DNA of 64,000 nucleotides, from contig JBEKVV010000002.1 in the NCBI GenBank assembly GCA_049513715.1, positions 192,001-256,000 of the forward strand. Direction: 5' to 3'. Position 1 is the first letter of the stretch. The number at the start of each line of letters is the position of its first letter. Origin of the DNA: Candidatus Bathyarchaeia archaeon (GTDB lineage: Archaea; Thermoproteota; Bathyarchaeia; 40CM-2-53-6). The notes below the pieces were generated by a model. That model did not search any database. It was given only the letters and a program-made list of their open reading frames with translations, and had not been told where the DNA came from. Positions 7,268 through 17,510 of this stretch are shown piece by piece. A program made the translations under genes and the position numbers.

Positions 7268-10200
7268 CCGCCTTGGCCTCCTGCATTGGCAAAGCAACTA
7301 CCTGCGACGTTCCCTCTTGAATGAACACGCCGTACACTACGTCGCCCCGGGAGATAGTTACGTCCTTCAAGGACACGATTATGAATTGAGACCCTTTCGA
7401 TTTTGATTTGAGAAGCTCCGCAAGCCGCTGGGCGTTCACGATGTCAAGGTGGGCGTCGATTTCGTCCATCATGTAGAACGGCATCGGGTGGATTGCTTGC
7501 AGGGCAAGAATGAAGCAGACCGTTCCGACCGACTTTTCTCCGCCGCTGGCGGCTCCAATCGTCATCTCAGTCTTTCCTGGAAATTGAAGCCTGATGTCGG
7601 CACCTGCTTCGAACGGGGTCTCAGGTTTCTCGAGGAAGAGCCTTCCGGCTCCGCTGGTGACCGTTGAGAAAATTTCGTTGAAGGATTGGCTGACCTGGTT
7701 GAAGGCTTTCATGAATGTTTCCATTTTCTGCTGGTCCAATTCGTTCATGAATTGAACGATTGAGAGCTTCTCCTTCTCTAGGTCGTAGATCCTTGAGGCA
7801 AGGTGCTTGTAGTTCTCCTTCACTTCCTCGTATTGCGAGGCCGCAAGTTCATTGATGGCACCGATAGAGGTAAGTTCCTTCTTGAGTATGGGCAGTTCGT
7901 GTTCGGCTCGCTCGATTTCCTCGTCAGATACTTCAGGCGTCTCTGTGTAATTCAGTTCTTTTAGTTCGTTTATGTGGAAGTCAACCTGCATTTCCAAGTG
8001 CTTTTGTGACGCCGTTTCCTCGGCAATTTTCTCGTTCAATGGGTCCAAATCGTCGAGGGTTTCGCTGATTTCTGTGTCCATCTTCTTCAATTGAGCGTCG
8101 TATACTGCACGCTTCACTTTGGCACCGGAAAGTTCCTCGCTGAGTTGGTCGCGGTCGGTTTCCAGCCGTTTCAGCTGCTCGTCGGCAATGGGGAGGTCAG
8201 CATGAAGGGTCGAGAGTTCCGTGCTCAGTTGTTCGAGTTGTCTGTCGATGCTTGAGGTTTGAGATTTTGTTTGTTCGCCTGATGGTTCGATGACTGTCAT
8301 AGTGGAGGTTAAGGACTCAACTCTGCTCTCGGCTTCGATTTTCTGTCGGACGAGGTCGTTCAATTCGGTGCGCAATTTGGCTTGTTCGTTCTCTTTCTCG
8401 AGCAAGGCTGCGGATCGGGTGCGAAGCTTCAGGGCGTCCCGCATGCGCTCGTGCTCAGTGAGTGGTTCCTGGAGCTTTGCCTTTTGGGCTACGCTAGCCT
8501 CCAATATTGCCTGCTCTGTCCCAATTTCATGCACGATTCCTTCGATCCGGTGGTCAGTGTCTTCGATTATTCTCTCTGCGTGATCTAGGTTTTCTTTGAC
8601 CGCTGAGATTTCTCGCTCGGTGGAACGTATCAGGTTCTGGCTTTGCGTTTTGTTCTTTGTTTGGTCCAATATCTCCTGTTCCAGTCGAGCGATGTCCTCT
8701 TCGGTTTTTGTTGCCAGCTTTTCCAAGGAGGAGAGAGTATTCTTCAACTGGCCGACCGTTTGGCTGCTGAGGAGGAGCTTTGACATATCGAACGGCTGCC
8801 TAAAGTACCCAGTCTCCATCGCACCTTCAGGCTCGTATAGATCGCCTGTAGTCGCAACGGCTCGAACTCCTCTCAACGATGCGACGAATGCTGACTTTTG
8901 GTTCCGTGTAAGAATCGTGTCGCCGAACACATACTCAACTGCAGGCCTGAAACGTTCTTGGAAGTTCAACTGTTCTGTGATTGGGCCGATGATCTCCTGC
9001 AAATCTTTGGTGGTGTGTGTCTTCTTTGGCGGTGTTAGGTCTTGAAGCGGTATGAGCTTTACGCGTCCTGCCTTGGTTTTCTTGAGGACTTCTATGCATG
9101 AGATTGCGGTTTCGGTGTTCTTTACGACGATGGCTTTCATCCATCCAGCTGCCGCGGCCTCCATAGCTTTTCCATAAGCGTCTTTGGCCTTGACGAGTGA
9201 CGATAATCGCCCATAGATTCCCAACACTACCCCTGCCTTCGCCATTTCCTCGATCAGTTTGAGCGCTTTGTCGTCGGAGGCAAGGTTCTCTGCCATGCTA
9301 TTCTGTGTCTCAATCTCGACTAATGCGGAGCCTGCTCGTTTTGCCACTTCATTTGCGTGCTGTATCTCCTTAGCCCGCTGTATCTTGAGGTCGTTGTATT
9401 CGGCGATTTTCTTGTCAGTCTCAGTAATTCTGGCACTTTGATCTCGCTTTATGGCGTCCAATTCTTGAGGGCGCTTGGTGACGTTTTGCACCAGTGTTTC
9501 GTACTCTTCCTTTCGCGATTTGAGCGTGCGAAGGTGGCCTTCGAGGATGTCAATTTTTGTGGCGCTGGCCTTGACTTGCGCGTTGAATTTGATTACCCTG
9601 TGCGTGAGATTGTTGATGGTGCGTTCAATGTCTTCCGCGTCTTTGCTGTTTTCACCCAGCTTGCTCCTGAACTCCATGAGTGCTTTCGATGATTCGTCAA
9701 CAATCGCCTGCTTTTCCTCAATTGCCTTAAGCAGTTTACTGTGCTGGTCTCGGAGTTCAACGAGTTCTTTCTTTGAGTTGACTATCTTCTGTATGATCTC
9801 TACCGAATTTCGTTGAAGGTCATCTTTCTGCTGTCGGAGCGACTTGATGTTCGCTTCAATGCCGGTTTTCCGTGCTTGGAGAGTGGCGATGGTGGCGCTG
9901 ACGTCCCCAATTGCGCGCTGAACTTCGAGTAGCTTGCTGCTCCCTTTCTCGCTGACCGAGTCCTCATATTCTCTCTTTTCTGTCTCGAGTTGAGATTTCT
10001 GGTGGATTAGCTGGTCTCTTTTGGCCTTGAGTTCCTGGAGCTGCTTCTGGTGCGCTGCCAGCTCGGACTCTAGGGTGCTTGCTTCTTCTCGGGCTTTCTT
10101 GATCTTATGTGATATCGATTTGGCTTGAAGTTCGTTAATCTCTTTGCGAATCTGCTGGTACTTGAGGTAGGCGTTTCGCTCCCTCTCGAGTTGCTCGACT

Positions 10201-10802
10201 CGAAGTCGCACTTCCTCGATCTTGGCGGACGCGACCTGCAGGTTCAGGTCAGCTTGTTGCAGCTCAGCTTGCGCAGACGTCTTCTTGGTGTCGTATACGG
10301 CTATGCCGACCATGTCCTCGATTATTCTGCGACGTTCTTCAGCCGTGACTTCAGCGAGTCTGGTTATGGAATGTTGCGGTACTATATTGTAGCTTGAGAC
10401 ATCTACGTCAGCTGAGGAGAGTATATCGGTGAGTTGTTTTCTGGAGATTCTGCGCCCGTTTAGCCTATAGATGCCTTCCCCGCCACGTCGAAATTCCCTG
10501 GAAATTGTGACGGCTTCGGAATCCACCGGAATTCGCCGGTCGTGGTTGTCGAATTGTACGGCGACGTAAGCGGAATGAGCGGATGTTGATTGGGCGCCCT
10601 TGTGGATTAGGTCGCCAATCGTTTCTCCACGCAATTCCTTGGGGCTGAGTTCGCCTAGCGCGAATTTCACTGAATCGAGAATGTTTGATTTCCCGGATCC
10701 GTTTGGGCCGGTTATGATGGTGAGGCCGCGGCCCAGCTGAACGCTCGCCTTCTTCCCGAAGGTCTTGAAACCCCTCAGGTCAATTCTTTTGATATATACC
10801 AA
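7251..10802 (-). CDS. smc: Chromosome segregation protein SMC
   Basis: Walker A GPNGSGKSN, long coiled coils, hinge, SGGEKS signature, DEIDAHLD Walker B. Confidence 0.97.
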   Translation of the reverse strand: MVYIKRIDLRGFKTFGKKASVQLGRGLTIITGPNGSGKSNILDSVKFALGELSPKELRGETIGDLIHKGAQSTSAHSAYVAVQFDNHDRRIPVDSEAVTISREFRRGGEGIYRLNGRRISRKQLTDILSSADVDVSSYNIVPQHSITRLAEVTAEERRRIIEDMVGIAVYDTKKTSAQAELQQADLNLQVASAKIEEVRLRVEQLERERNAYLKYQQIRKEINELQAKSISHKIKKAREEASTLESELAAHQKQLQELKAKRDQLIHQKSQLETEKREYEDSVSEKGSSKLLEVQRAIGDVSATIATLQARKTGIEANIKSLRQQKDDLQRNSVEIIQKIVNSKKELVELRDQHSKLLKAIEEKQAIVDESSKALMEFRSKLGENSKDAEDIERTINNLTHRVIKFNAQVKASATKIDILEGHLRTLKSRKEEYETLVQNVTKRPQELDAIKRDQSARITETDKKIAEYNDLKIQRAKEIQHANEVAKRAGSALVEIETQNSMAENLASDDKALKLIEEMAKAGVVLGIYGRLSSLVKAKDAYGKAMEAAAAGWMKAIVVKNTETAISCIEVLKKTKAGRVKLIPLQDLTPPKKTHTTKDLQEIIGPITEQLNFQERFRPAVEYVFGDTILTRNQKSAFVASLRGVRAVATTGDLYEPEGAMETGYFRQPFDMSKLLLSSQTVGQLKNTLSSLEKLATKTEEDIARLEQEILDQTKNKTQSQNLIRSTEREISAVKENLDHAERIIEDTDHRIEGIVHEIGTEQAILEASVAQKAKLQEPLTEHERMRDALKLRTRSAALLEKENEQAKLRTELNDLVRQKIEAESRVESLTSTMTVIEPSGEQTKSQTSSIDRQLEQLSTELSTLHADLPIADEQLKRLETDRDQLSEELSGAKVKRAVYDAQLKKMDTEISETLDDLDPLNEKIAEETASQKHLEMQVDFHINELKELNYTETPEVSDEEIERAEHELPILKKELTSIGAINELAASQYEEVKENYKHLASRIYDLEKEKLSIVQFMNELDQQKMETFMKAFNQVSQSFNEIFSTVTSGAGRLFLEKPETPFEAGADIRLQFPGKTEMTIGAASGGEKSVGTVCFILALQAIHPMPFYMMDEIDAHLDIVNAQRLAELLKSKSKGSQFIIVSLKDVTISRGDVVYGVFIQEGTSQVVALPMQEAKAVGRAR

Positions 10803-11070
10803 TCCTTGATCAGGCCGCCGCGGTCAATATGCAGGTTTTTGTAACTTTAGTGACTCCCGTGGGTTAGGGGATGCTCCAAAGTAGCGAAGATAAGTCTTGG
10901 TTACATCTTCATGATGATTTGTCTGGATTCACCCATGTCAAATTTGGCATAGCGCTGCTTTTCGTGCTTGCTCAAGTATGACAACTTTAGGTATACGACG
11001 TGGAGAAACGTGACTAGGAAGAGGCCGGGATGGCCTTTGCGTAGCTATATGCAGGCATGGTTGCTTCGTT

Positions 11071-11853
11071 CTACTTTCCGTACCTGCGTTTTCTGCCTTG
11101 GTAGGTTCTGATGGCTCGTAGGAGGTCTATGCGCCGAAATTCAGGCCAGTAAACATCTAGGAAAATGAATTCGCTGTACGCGGCTTGCCAGATCAGGAAG
11201 CCGCTGAGCCGTTCTTCGCCGGATGTGCGGATGATTAGTTCAGGGTAGGGGTTTGGAAGGTGGGAGGTGTATAGGTATTTTCTGAACACGTCCTCATCAA
11301 CCGAGTCCGCCTCTAAGGTTCCGCTCTGCACTTCGTCGATGATGCGTTTCGCGGCGTCAACAATTTCTGCCCTACCACCATATGCCACGGCAATGTTCAG
11401 GTAGCGTTTATCGTAGTTCACCGTCGCCCTCTCAGCCTCGGCCAGTGCGGCTCTCAGAGACTCTGGCAGCATTTCTAGGCGGCCGATAGCTTTCACGTGC
11501 ACTTGGTTGCTGTGTATTCGAGGGTCGGTTACCAGTTTCTTGGCTTCTTCTTCTATTATTCCAAGAATAGCTGCAACTTCGGCTTGTGGTCGCAGGAAAT
11601 TTTCCGTGGAGAACACGTAGAGCGTTACAGTCTTAATGCCTAAGTCTAGGCACCATTCGAGGAAGTTTTCGCCAATCTTCGCCCCGTAGTGATGGCCCTT
11701 CAGCTTATCCACGTAAAGTGCGAATCCCCATCTTCTATTACCATCCAGGATTACGCCAACATGTTCGGGCATTTCTGATGAAGTGACCGTCTCTTCAAGC
11801 CATCTCTCGTAAAACCTGTAGGCCCCAACGGCCTTGAGCAGGGTTGGTAGCAA
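11071..11853 (-). CDS. uppS: cis-prenyltransferase (polyprenyl diphosphate synthase)
   Basis: ILDGNRRW, FSTENFLRP, AYGGRAEI and IRTSGEERLSGFLIWQ. Confidence 0.95.
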   Translation of the reverse strand: MLPTLLKAVGAYRFYERWLEETVTSSEMPEHVGVILDGNRRWGFALYVDKLKGHHYGAKIGENFLEWCLDLGIKTVTLYVFSTENFLRPQAEVAAILGIIEEEAKKLVTDPRIHSNQVHVKAIGRLEMLPESLRAALAEAERATVNYDKRYLNIAVAYGGRAEIVDAAKRIIDEVQSGTLEADSVDEDVFRKYLYTSHLPNPYPELIIRTSGEERLSGFLIWQAAYSEFIFLDVYWPEFRRIDLLRAIRTYQGRKRRYGK

Positions 11854-11857
11854 TGCT

Positions 11858-12631
11858 TCACACTTGGCCCTGATCTATTGCTTTAGCGCAGGGACAACTC
11901 CGTTTCATAGGAATGATTCCTATGGACTTCCGTATGATCGCCGTTACCTCGGGCATGACTCTCTTTCCCATCTCGACTACCTCGATATGGGATAGTTTAT
12001 CCTGCTGCCCAGCTGCGCGATTTGAAATGAAGCAGACGGTTGAATAGCAAATTTCAAGCTCGCGAGCTAGGAAAGTTTCCGGGGCTCCAGTCATCCCGAC
12101 TATGTCTCCGCCGAGCGTTCGTAGCATGCGAATTTCTGCTGGTGTCTCATAGCGCGGGCCTTCTGTGGTCACCATGACGGAGTTCCCCCAAGCCTTTAAC
12201 CTGCTCCCCTTTGTACAGTCGATCAGTATCTTCCGAAGTTCTGGGCAGTAAGGTTGGGACACATCGATGTGCGTGACCGGTGAACCTTCGAAGAATGTGC
12301 TTGTTCGGGACTTGGTCATGTCGATGATGTCTTCGGGGATCGCTAGGTCTCCTGGGTTGTAGGAGGTGTTTATCGAGCCAACGGCGTTAGTGGCTATTAT
12401 GCGCTCTATGCCAAGCTGCTTGAGGGCTCGCATGTTGGCTCTGTAATTGACTTTGTGTGGTGGGAGGTCGTGTTTCGGGCCATGCCGGGGCAGAAAGGCA
12501 ACTTCTTCTTTCCCAACGAGACCTACAGTGATGAGTGGAACGGGCCCGTTGGGCGTGCCGATCCGAAGGGCGCGGCTGCCTTGGAGGAGACTCTCGAACC
12601 CACTTCCACCTATTACCGCGATCCTTGGCAT
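11858..12631 (-). CDS. mtnP: S-methyl-5'-thioadenosine/thioinosine phosphorylase (PNP/MTAP family)
   Basis: IGGSG, FLPRHG, PPHKVNYRAN, EGPRYETPAEI and VGMTGAPE. Confidence 0.9.
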   Translation of the reverse strand: MPRIAVIGGSGFESLLQGSRALRIGTPNGPVPLITVGLVGKEEVAFLPRHGPKHDLPPHKVNYRANMRALKQLGIERIIATNAVGSINTSYNPGDLAIPEDIIDMTKSRTSTFFEGSPVTHIDVSQPYCPELRKILIDCTKGSRLKAWGNSVMVTTEGPRYETPAEIRMLRTLGGDIVGMTGAPETFLARELEICYSTVCFISNRAAGQQDKLSHIEVVEMGKRVMPEVTAIIRKSIGIIPMKRSCPCAKAIDQGQV

Positions 12632-12654
12632 GTTCTTTGACTACATCCTTTACC

Positions 12655-13578
12655 TCACTCATCATCGCTCCCCGAAAGCGTGTCACCCATTAGAGCCCTG
12701 AATTCGTCCAAGGACAATTTCCTGCCGGTCCGAAGTTTTTCGTTCGCGGCTTCTTTATACTTCAACTTGAGTTTCTCTGCCTTGTCGACTTTCGAGCTCA
12801 CCTTAACCTCTCCGATCTGTGAGTGGATCTCGTCTATTCGTGCCATGTTTCGCCTCAGCGCCGTTATCGTCTCGTGCCGTAGATTATTCTGGTCTAAGTA
12901 GAGTGCGTGTTTTGCGTCCGCCTCATTCTTCTTCTCCGCTAGAATACGAACTTGCTCCTGCATCGCAGTATGTGTTTTTTCGCTCTCTTCGGCTTTTTGC
13001 GTGAGTTCTTGGTGGACTGCTTGAGCTTGTCTCCTTAATCCAGGGACTTCGATTTTGAGTTGGAGGAGCTTGTCCCGTAACTTCCTGAGGCCTCTATGCT
13101 TAGCTAAGTTTGCCTCCAGCGCGCTGATCTTGGCCACGATTTCCCTTTCAGTTTTCGGGGCAAGTGGGTTTGTTTGGATATACCATTCAAGGCTTTTTAC
13201 TTCCCTAGAAAGTTCTGACATGTTTCCGTGGAGCTCTTCCGAAGACTCTTGTGCCTGCTGGAGCAGTTTTGCCAGGGCCTCGCGTTTCTTGGCGGCAGCG
13301 GCTTGAAATTCGTCGCGTTTCTGCTTCAGTTCCCTAACCTTGGCGTTAAGGGAGTCCCGCTCTGTCTTGAGCTTCCTAACGGTGTCTGAAACACGCTTTA
13401 CTTCAGAGTTGAGGGCGTCTCGCTCGTTGACGATTTGTTCGACCCTTTCTCGCAGACGTCTGATCTCTGTTCTTTTCTCTACATTCTTCTGTTTAAGGTC
13501 GTCGAGTTCACGGTAGAGGTCGTCGACAGGGTTCTGGACCGTGTTCGAATCCATTGATTCACTCTCCAAACCGTTCAC
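12655..13578 (-). CDS. Archaeal coiled-coil protein (COG1340-like)
   Basis: Continuous heptad-rich sequence with LEWYIQT...EREIV and a C-terminal GRKLSLDEF motif. Confidence 0.7.
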   Translation of the reverse strand: MNGLESESMDSNTVQNPVDDLYRELDDLKQKNVEKRTEIRRLRERVEQIVNERDALNSEVKRVSDTVRKLKTERDSLNAKVRELKQKRDEFQAAAAKKREALAKLLQQAQESSEELHGNMSELSREVKSLEWYIQTNPLAPKTEREIVAKISALEANLAKHRGLRKLRDKLLQLKIEVPGLRRQAQAVHQELTQKAEESEKTHTAMQEQVRILAEKKNEADAKHALYLDQNNLRHETITALRRNMARIDEIHSQIGEVKVSSKVDKAEKLKLKYKEAANEKLRTGRKLSLDEFRALMGDTLSGSDDE

Positions 13579-15458
13579 CTTCCTTTGGTTACCTCTCGCG
13601 AATATTTCCTCATGGCGATAAAGATGAGCGATGAGCCTACTACGATGCCAATGATCAGAAATAGAAACGCAATTGCGATGGCATCGTTCGTGGAGGTTGC
13701 GGCATCTGCCAGAGCGTTGTTTGCGGTTTGTGATGCCAAAGATGCGATCTCTACTGCGTCAACATATTTCATGGAATTGTAACTCGCGAGGGCCTGGTCT
13801 AGTAGAGCGTTTGCTGTGGCCACCTCATTTCGGCTTGGGCCATAGTTGGATTTGCTGTCAAGTTCATTCTGGGCCAGTGTGAGTGTGGATGATGTTGAGA
13901 GGATGAGTTGGTCTGCGTGTGCTCGGTTGATTGCGTCCTTGTCGAATTGGCTAAACTTGTAGTCCCATCCCCAGTAGCTCATAGGTGATGCCTCAAAGTC
14001 TTCGAGTGAACCGAACTGGTGCGGGTGCATGAGACCCACCGAATGGCCCGTTTCATGGATCACAGTTTGCGTGAAACCTACCCCTTTGCCAATTTGGGGT
14101 GTTGTGGAGTGGGTTCCTTCCTGCAAGATGTACTGTGCTAAGCCTATGATCGACATATCTCCTAAAGATATGCCGAGGAAGTTACCATTGAAAGTGTCAG
14201 GCTCAGCGACATACCACTTGTACGAATATCCGAAGTATATCGATGAACTGAATGCAAAAGCAAAGACGGGAAGCGTAAATTCTGTGGAATCCCTACTGTC
14301 GGTCCCAACAAAATCTGAGAGGTGCTGTTGTAGGTATATGTACATCTGCCGCAGGTCAACGTAGCTAAGGATGCCTATGTCACCTGGAGGAGTGACCGTG
14401 CTTCGTACTATTGCGGCTTGCAGCGGGGGGTTGTCGCTCGCTAAAATCACCTTGGTGTCCACTTGGATACTCGCGTATGGCATCAGGTCAGCGAATGCAG
14501 CCCGCACTAGCTCCGGGTGAAATGTGTCTTCAATATGCACTGTGTTTCTTTCCTTTGTCGTTCTGTTGTCGATTATGTTGACAACAATTCGATACGCATG
14601 GCTATACACAGGTTGGTAAGCGAAGACTGGTATCGCCAGATTTTGCACAACCTCGCTGACGTAATCTGCAACAAACTGTGTCAGCCACTGCTTTCCGGCC
14701 GGAGTATGAATATCCACCCTGAAGAGATTCAATGCCAACTGCATTGGGATGTGGGGCGCCGTGTCTGAGCTTGTCCATGTCCAGTATTCGGGACCGGCGG
14801 CCATGTCCAAGAACCATAGCCTACTATCACCGCCCCACGCAACGGTGAACTGCCTATACGGCAGAGTATAACCAAGGTCCTTGTCACTGTAGGCTGTTAA
14901 GTAGTAGTGAGGAGTCGCTGCAAGTGCTGCCTCGGTATCCAGCTGAGTTTCCGTTATGGAGGGTAGAGAGGTGAGGTTGGCTAGAATGAAAGCGTCACCG
15001 CGAGTGGGAAAGCCGCCGAAGCTGGCATTGTTGGCTGCCAGCCAATCCTGGACCTTGTTGGCATCATAAAGGTAGTTGTGGGTCACTGCCCTGAACCAAG
15101 GATTGTATAACAACTTCTCCTGCTCGATGGAACCTAGGTAACTGGTCAGCAGCTTTCCGAATCTGGGTGATGCGTAAACGTAGTCGTAACTTAGGTCGTA
15201 GGTTACGCCCGTGATGTTTCCACTATCCAACAAGTTGTTAATGGACGTCTGAATCTCATTTCCTTTCCACTCCAAGTAGGATTGGTCGATAGTGGCCGGG
15301 TCAAAGCCGACCAGGACTACTTTGATCGTTAGGGGGACGCTCCGTGTGGGAATGAAGTTCACTTGGGTGGGTTCGGTCGAGGAGAAACCAGCGGGAATCG
15401 GTACCAGCATTATGATGAGTGCTACAAGAGCACAAGTTTTTGTGTGCTTCAAAGGCAA
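13575..15458 (-). CDS. Secreted, C-terminally membrane-anchored metzincin-type metallopeptidase
   Basis: Signal peptide, HETGHSVGLMH (HExxHxxGxxH) zinc motif, SPMSY Met-turn, C-terminal TM with basic tail. Confidence 0.75.
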   Translation of the reverse strand: MPLKHTKTCALVALIIMLVPIPAGFSSTEPTQVNFIPTRSVPLTIKVVLVGFDPATIDQSYLEWKGNEIQTSINNLLDSGNITGVTYDLSYDYVYASPRFGKLLTSYLGSIEQEKLLYNPWFRAVTHNYLYDANKVQDWLAANNASFGGFPTRGDAFILANLTSLPSITETQLDTEAALAATPHYYLTAYSDKDLGYTLPYRQFTVAWGGDSRLWFLDMAAGPEYWTWTSSDTAPHIPMQLALNLFRVDIHTPAGKQWLTQFVADYVSEVVQNLAIPVFAYQPVYSHAYRIVVNIIDNRTTKERNTVHIEDTFHPELVRAAFADLMPYASIQVDTKVILASDNPPLQAAIVRSTVTPPGDIGILSYVDLRQMYIYLQQHLSDFVGTDSRDSTEFTLPVFAFAFSSSIYFGYSYKWYVAEPDTFNGNFLGISLGDMSIIGLAQYILQEGTHSTTPQIGKGVGFTQTVIHETGHSVGLMHPHQFGSLEDFEASPMSYWGWDYKFSQFDKDAINRAHADQLILSTSSTLTLAQNELDSKSNYGPSRNEVATANALLDQALASYNSMKYVDAVEIASLASQTANNALADAATSTNDAIAIAFLFLIIGIVVGSSLIFIAMRKYSREVTKGR

Positions 15459-15533
15459 CCCGCGGTCTAACAGATGCCGCTGAAAAGTCGAGTCGCCCTA
15501 TATAATAAGTTGCTCAGAATTCCAACAGGTCCA

Positions 15534-16253
15534 TCATGCCTGTTCACCCAGAATGATCCTGGCATCAACTATGCTTGCGCCATGCGCGTAGGCCATCACA
15601 GGGTTCAAGTCTACTTGGCTGATTATGGAATTTTCCGTTATCATGCGTGAAGTCCCACAGAGAATTACGTTGATTGCGTCTTGGTCGGCCGGTGGCCGAC
15701 CCCTGAATTCCTCTAAGGCTGCGTATGAATGGATTTCACGTATCATGTCACGGGCATCAAGTTCGGTTATGGGGGCCACTCTGAAGGAAGCATCCTTCAG
15801 AACCTCAACGAAGATTCCGCCCAAACCGAACAGAACAGTAGCGCCGAATTGACTGTCCCTTATGCCCCCCACAATGACTTCAAGACCCTGTTCGGCCATA
15901 TGCTGCACAAGAACTCCGTCGATGCGTGCATTCGGCTTGTATGTCTTAGCCGAAGAAACAACATGCTCGAAACCGTCCTCAACTTCTGGTCGAGACCTCA
16001 GGTTTAGCAGTACACCACCTGCCTCCGTCTTGTGAAGAATGTCTTGCGAAACGATTTTGAGGACCACTGGGAACCCCAGCTTCTCTGCCATTTCCGCGGC
16101 ATCAGATGAGTTCGTGGAAACATCGAACTCAGGCATCGGCATCCCGTACGCCTGGCAGACCATTTTGGCTTCAGGCTCAAGCAGCGCGCTTCTTTTCTCT
16201 TCGACAGCTTTCTGAATGATGCGCTCGACGATAGTAGGCAATTCAGTCAACAT
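15534..16253 (-). CDS. acdB: Acetate--CoA ligase (ADP-forming) beta subunit, ATP-grasp
   Basis: GFPVVLKIVSQDILHKTEAGGV, FGLGGIFVEVLKD and DLNPV. Confidence 0.9.
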   Translation of the reverse strand: MLTELPTIVERIIQKAVEEKRSALLEPEAKMVCQAYGMPMPEFDVSTNSSDAAEMAEKLGFPVVLKIVSQDILHKTEAGGVLLNLRSRPEVEDGFEHVVSSAKTYKPNARIDGVLVQHMAEQGLEVIVGGIRDSQFGATVLFGLGGIFVEVLKDASFRVAPITELDARDMIREIHSYAALEEFRGRPPADQDAINVILCGTSRMITENSIISQVDLNPVMAYAHGASIVDARIILGEQA

Positions 16254-16389
16254 TCACCAGGAGAGGGCGTCATGTATAACGTCACCGCTCAAACTGAAGA
16301 TGATTCGCATCCGCGTGAATCTATGCGCCGGCGAATACATTCAACTTTGACGGAAGTTTCCTACGGCGTGTGAAGTTCCGAGATTATGA

Positions 16390-17154
16390 TTATGACGAGA
16401 CTTCTTCTCCGCCGGTTAGAATTCTTGTGACGGCGCCGTTCAGTTCCACGAATCCTGCATTGGTGCTTGAGGATACGGGGATGGGTTCGGATAGTAGTCC
16501 TGTGGAGAATATTGAGTCCGCCAGGTTTCTTGTGATTAGGGAGAGGTTCTTTTCCTCTACTTCTCGAAGGGATGATTCGAAAGACTCGGGCTCGGTTACC
16601 CATGAGACTATCCTTTGTATCTCATGTTCTTGGATGAGGTCGGTTTTCGAGAGGACGTAGACTTGTGGGTGGTTGATTCGGCTGTATATGGCGGCGGCTA
16701 GGAAGATGTTGGAGACGAAGTTTAGTGGGTGTCGTGTGAAGGGTGCATCCATAAGGTAAATGATCGCGTGATTCTCATCGCCCAGCCCCTTTGTTATGAA
16801 GCGCCCGCCTTCTCTGAAAGCGAACAGCTCGATCTGCCCTGGTGTGTCGACTAGGAGGATGTCTGGGTCGGCGGCTTCAATCTCATCCCGCATATCCTCC
16901 AAGTTGTCGGCGATCAAATCCGACGCCATGATTAACGCCCCATTCGGGCCAAGCTGATATTCCTCCATTAGCTTCTGTATGTCCACGTACTTGCGGGCGT
17001 CAATGTCAGGATTGTACGGTAGTGCAGTTGCGCCCGGATCTAAGTTCGCGACGAGAACATCTTGATCGCTATTCCTCAACCATTCCGAGTAAGCAGCGGT
17101 TAGGGAGGATTTCCCGGAACCCGCCATTCCAACAACGAACACAGCATGCGTCAT
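16390..17154 (-). CDS. GPN-loop GTPase (PAB0955/XAB1 family)
   Basis: GMAGSGKS, NLDPG, LGPNGAL (GPN loop) and DTPGQIELF. Confidence 0.93.
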   Translation of the reverse strand: MTHAVFVVGMAGSGKSSLTAAYSEWLRNSDQDVLVANLDPGATALPYNPDIDARKYVDIQKLMEEYQLGPNGALIMASDLIADNLEDMRDEIEAADPDILLVDTPGQIELFAFREGGRFITKGLGDENHAIIYLMDAPFTRHPLNFVSNIFLAAAIYSRINHPQVYVLSKTDLIQEHEIQRIVSWVTEPESFESSLREVEEKNLSLITRNLADSIFSTGLLSEPIPVSSSTNAGFVELNGAVTRILTGGEEVSS

Positions 17155-17342
17155 CTGCAGTCAGGCAGGATAACGTGGATGCGATGTATGAAGCCTGCTG
17201 ATACAAGCCGCCGCTAATGGATGAACCTTCGATGCGCAATTAGCAATTCCCATCGCAACTGCGCAAAGAATCCGGCCTCTCACGCTCACACCGGGAGCTG
17301 TGAGTCGCCTGCGTCGGAGACAAATACAACTTAGTCAATTGG

Positions 17343-17476
17343 TTTTTTTGGGCCAAACCCCACATAACCGCGCCCAAACACCCAACCAGCTCCAAAACAA
17401 AACGAGCCACAACGCCCCCCCAAGCCGATTACCCGTCCCCACAAAAGTCAGTCCCCCACCCGCCCTCCTCTCAAGC
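17343..17476. repeat. Dispersed intergenic element, copy 1 (core TTACCCGTCCCCACAAAAGTCAG)
   Basis: The 23-bp core at 17429-17451 is identical to 59503-59525. Both copies also share a T7-8 run plus GG(C/A)CAAACCC on the left and a C-run plus TCAAGC on the right. Confidence 0.75.
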
Positions 17477-17510
17477 AGGCGCGTACGGCCACCAAAACCC
17501 GGCCAGGCAT

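Noticed and set aside
10911..10975. C/D box sRNA starting at ATGATGA
   Set aside because: No CTGA D box at a suitable distance.
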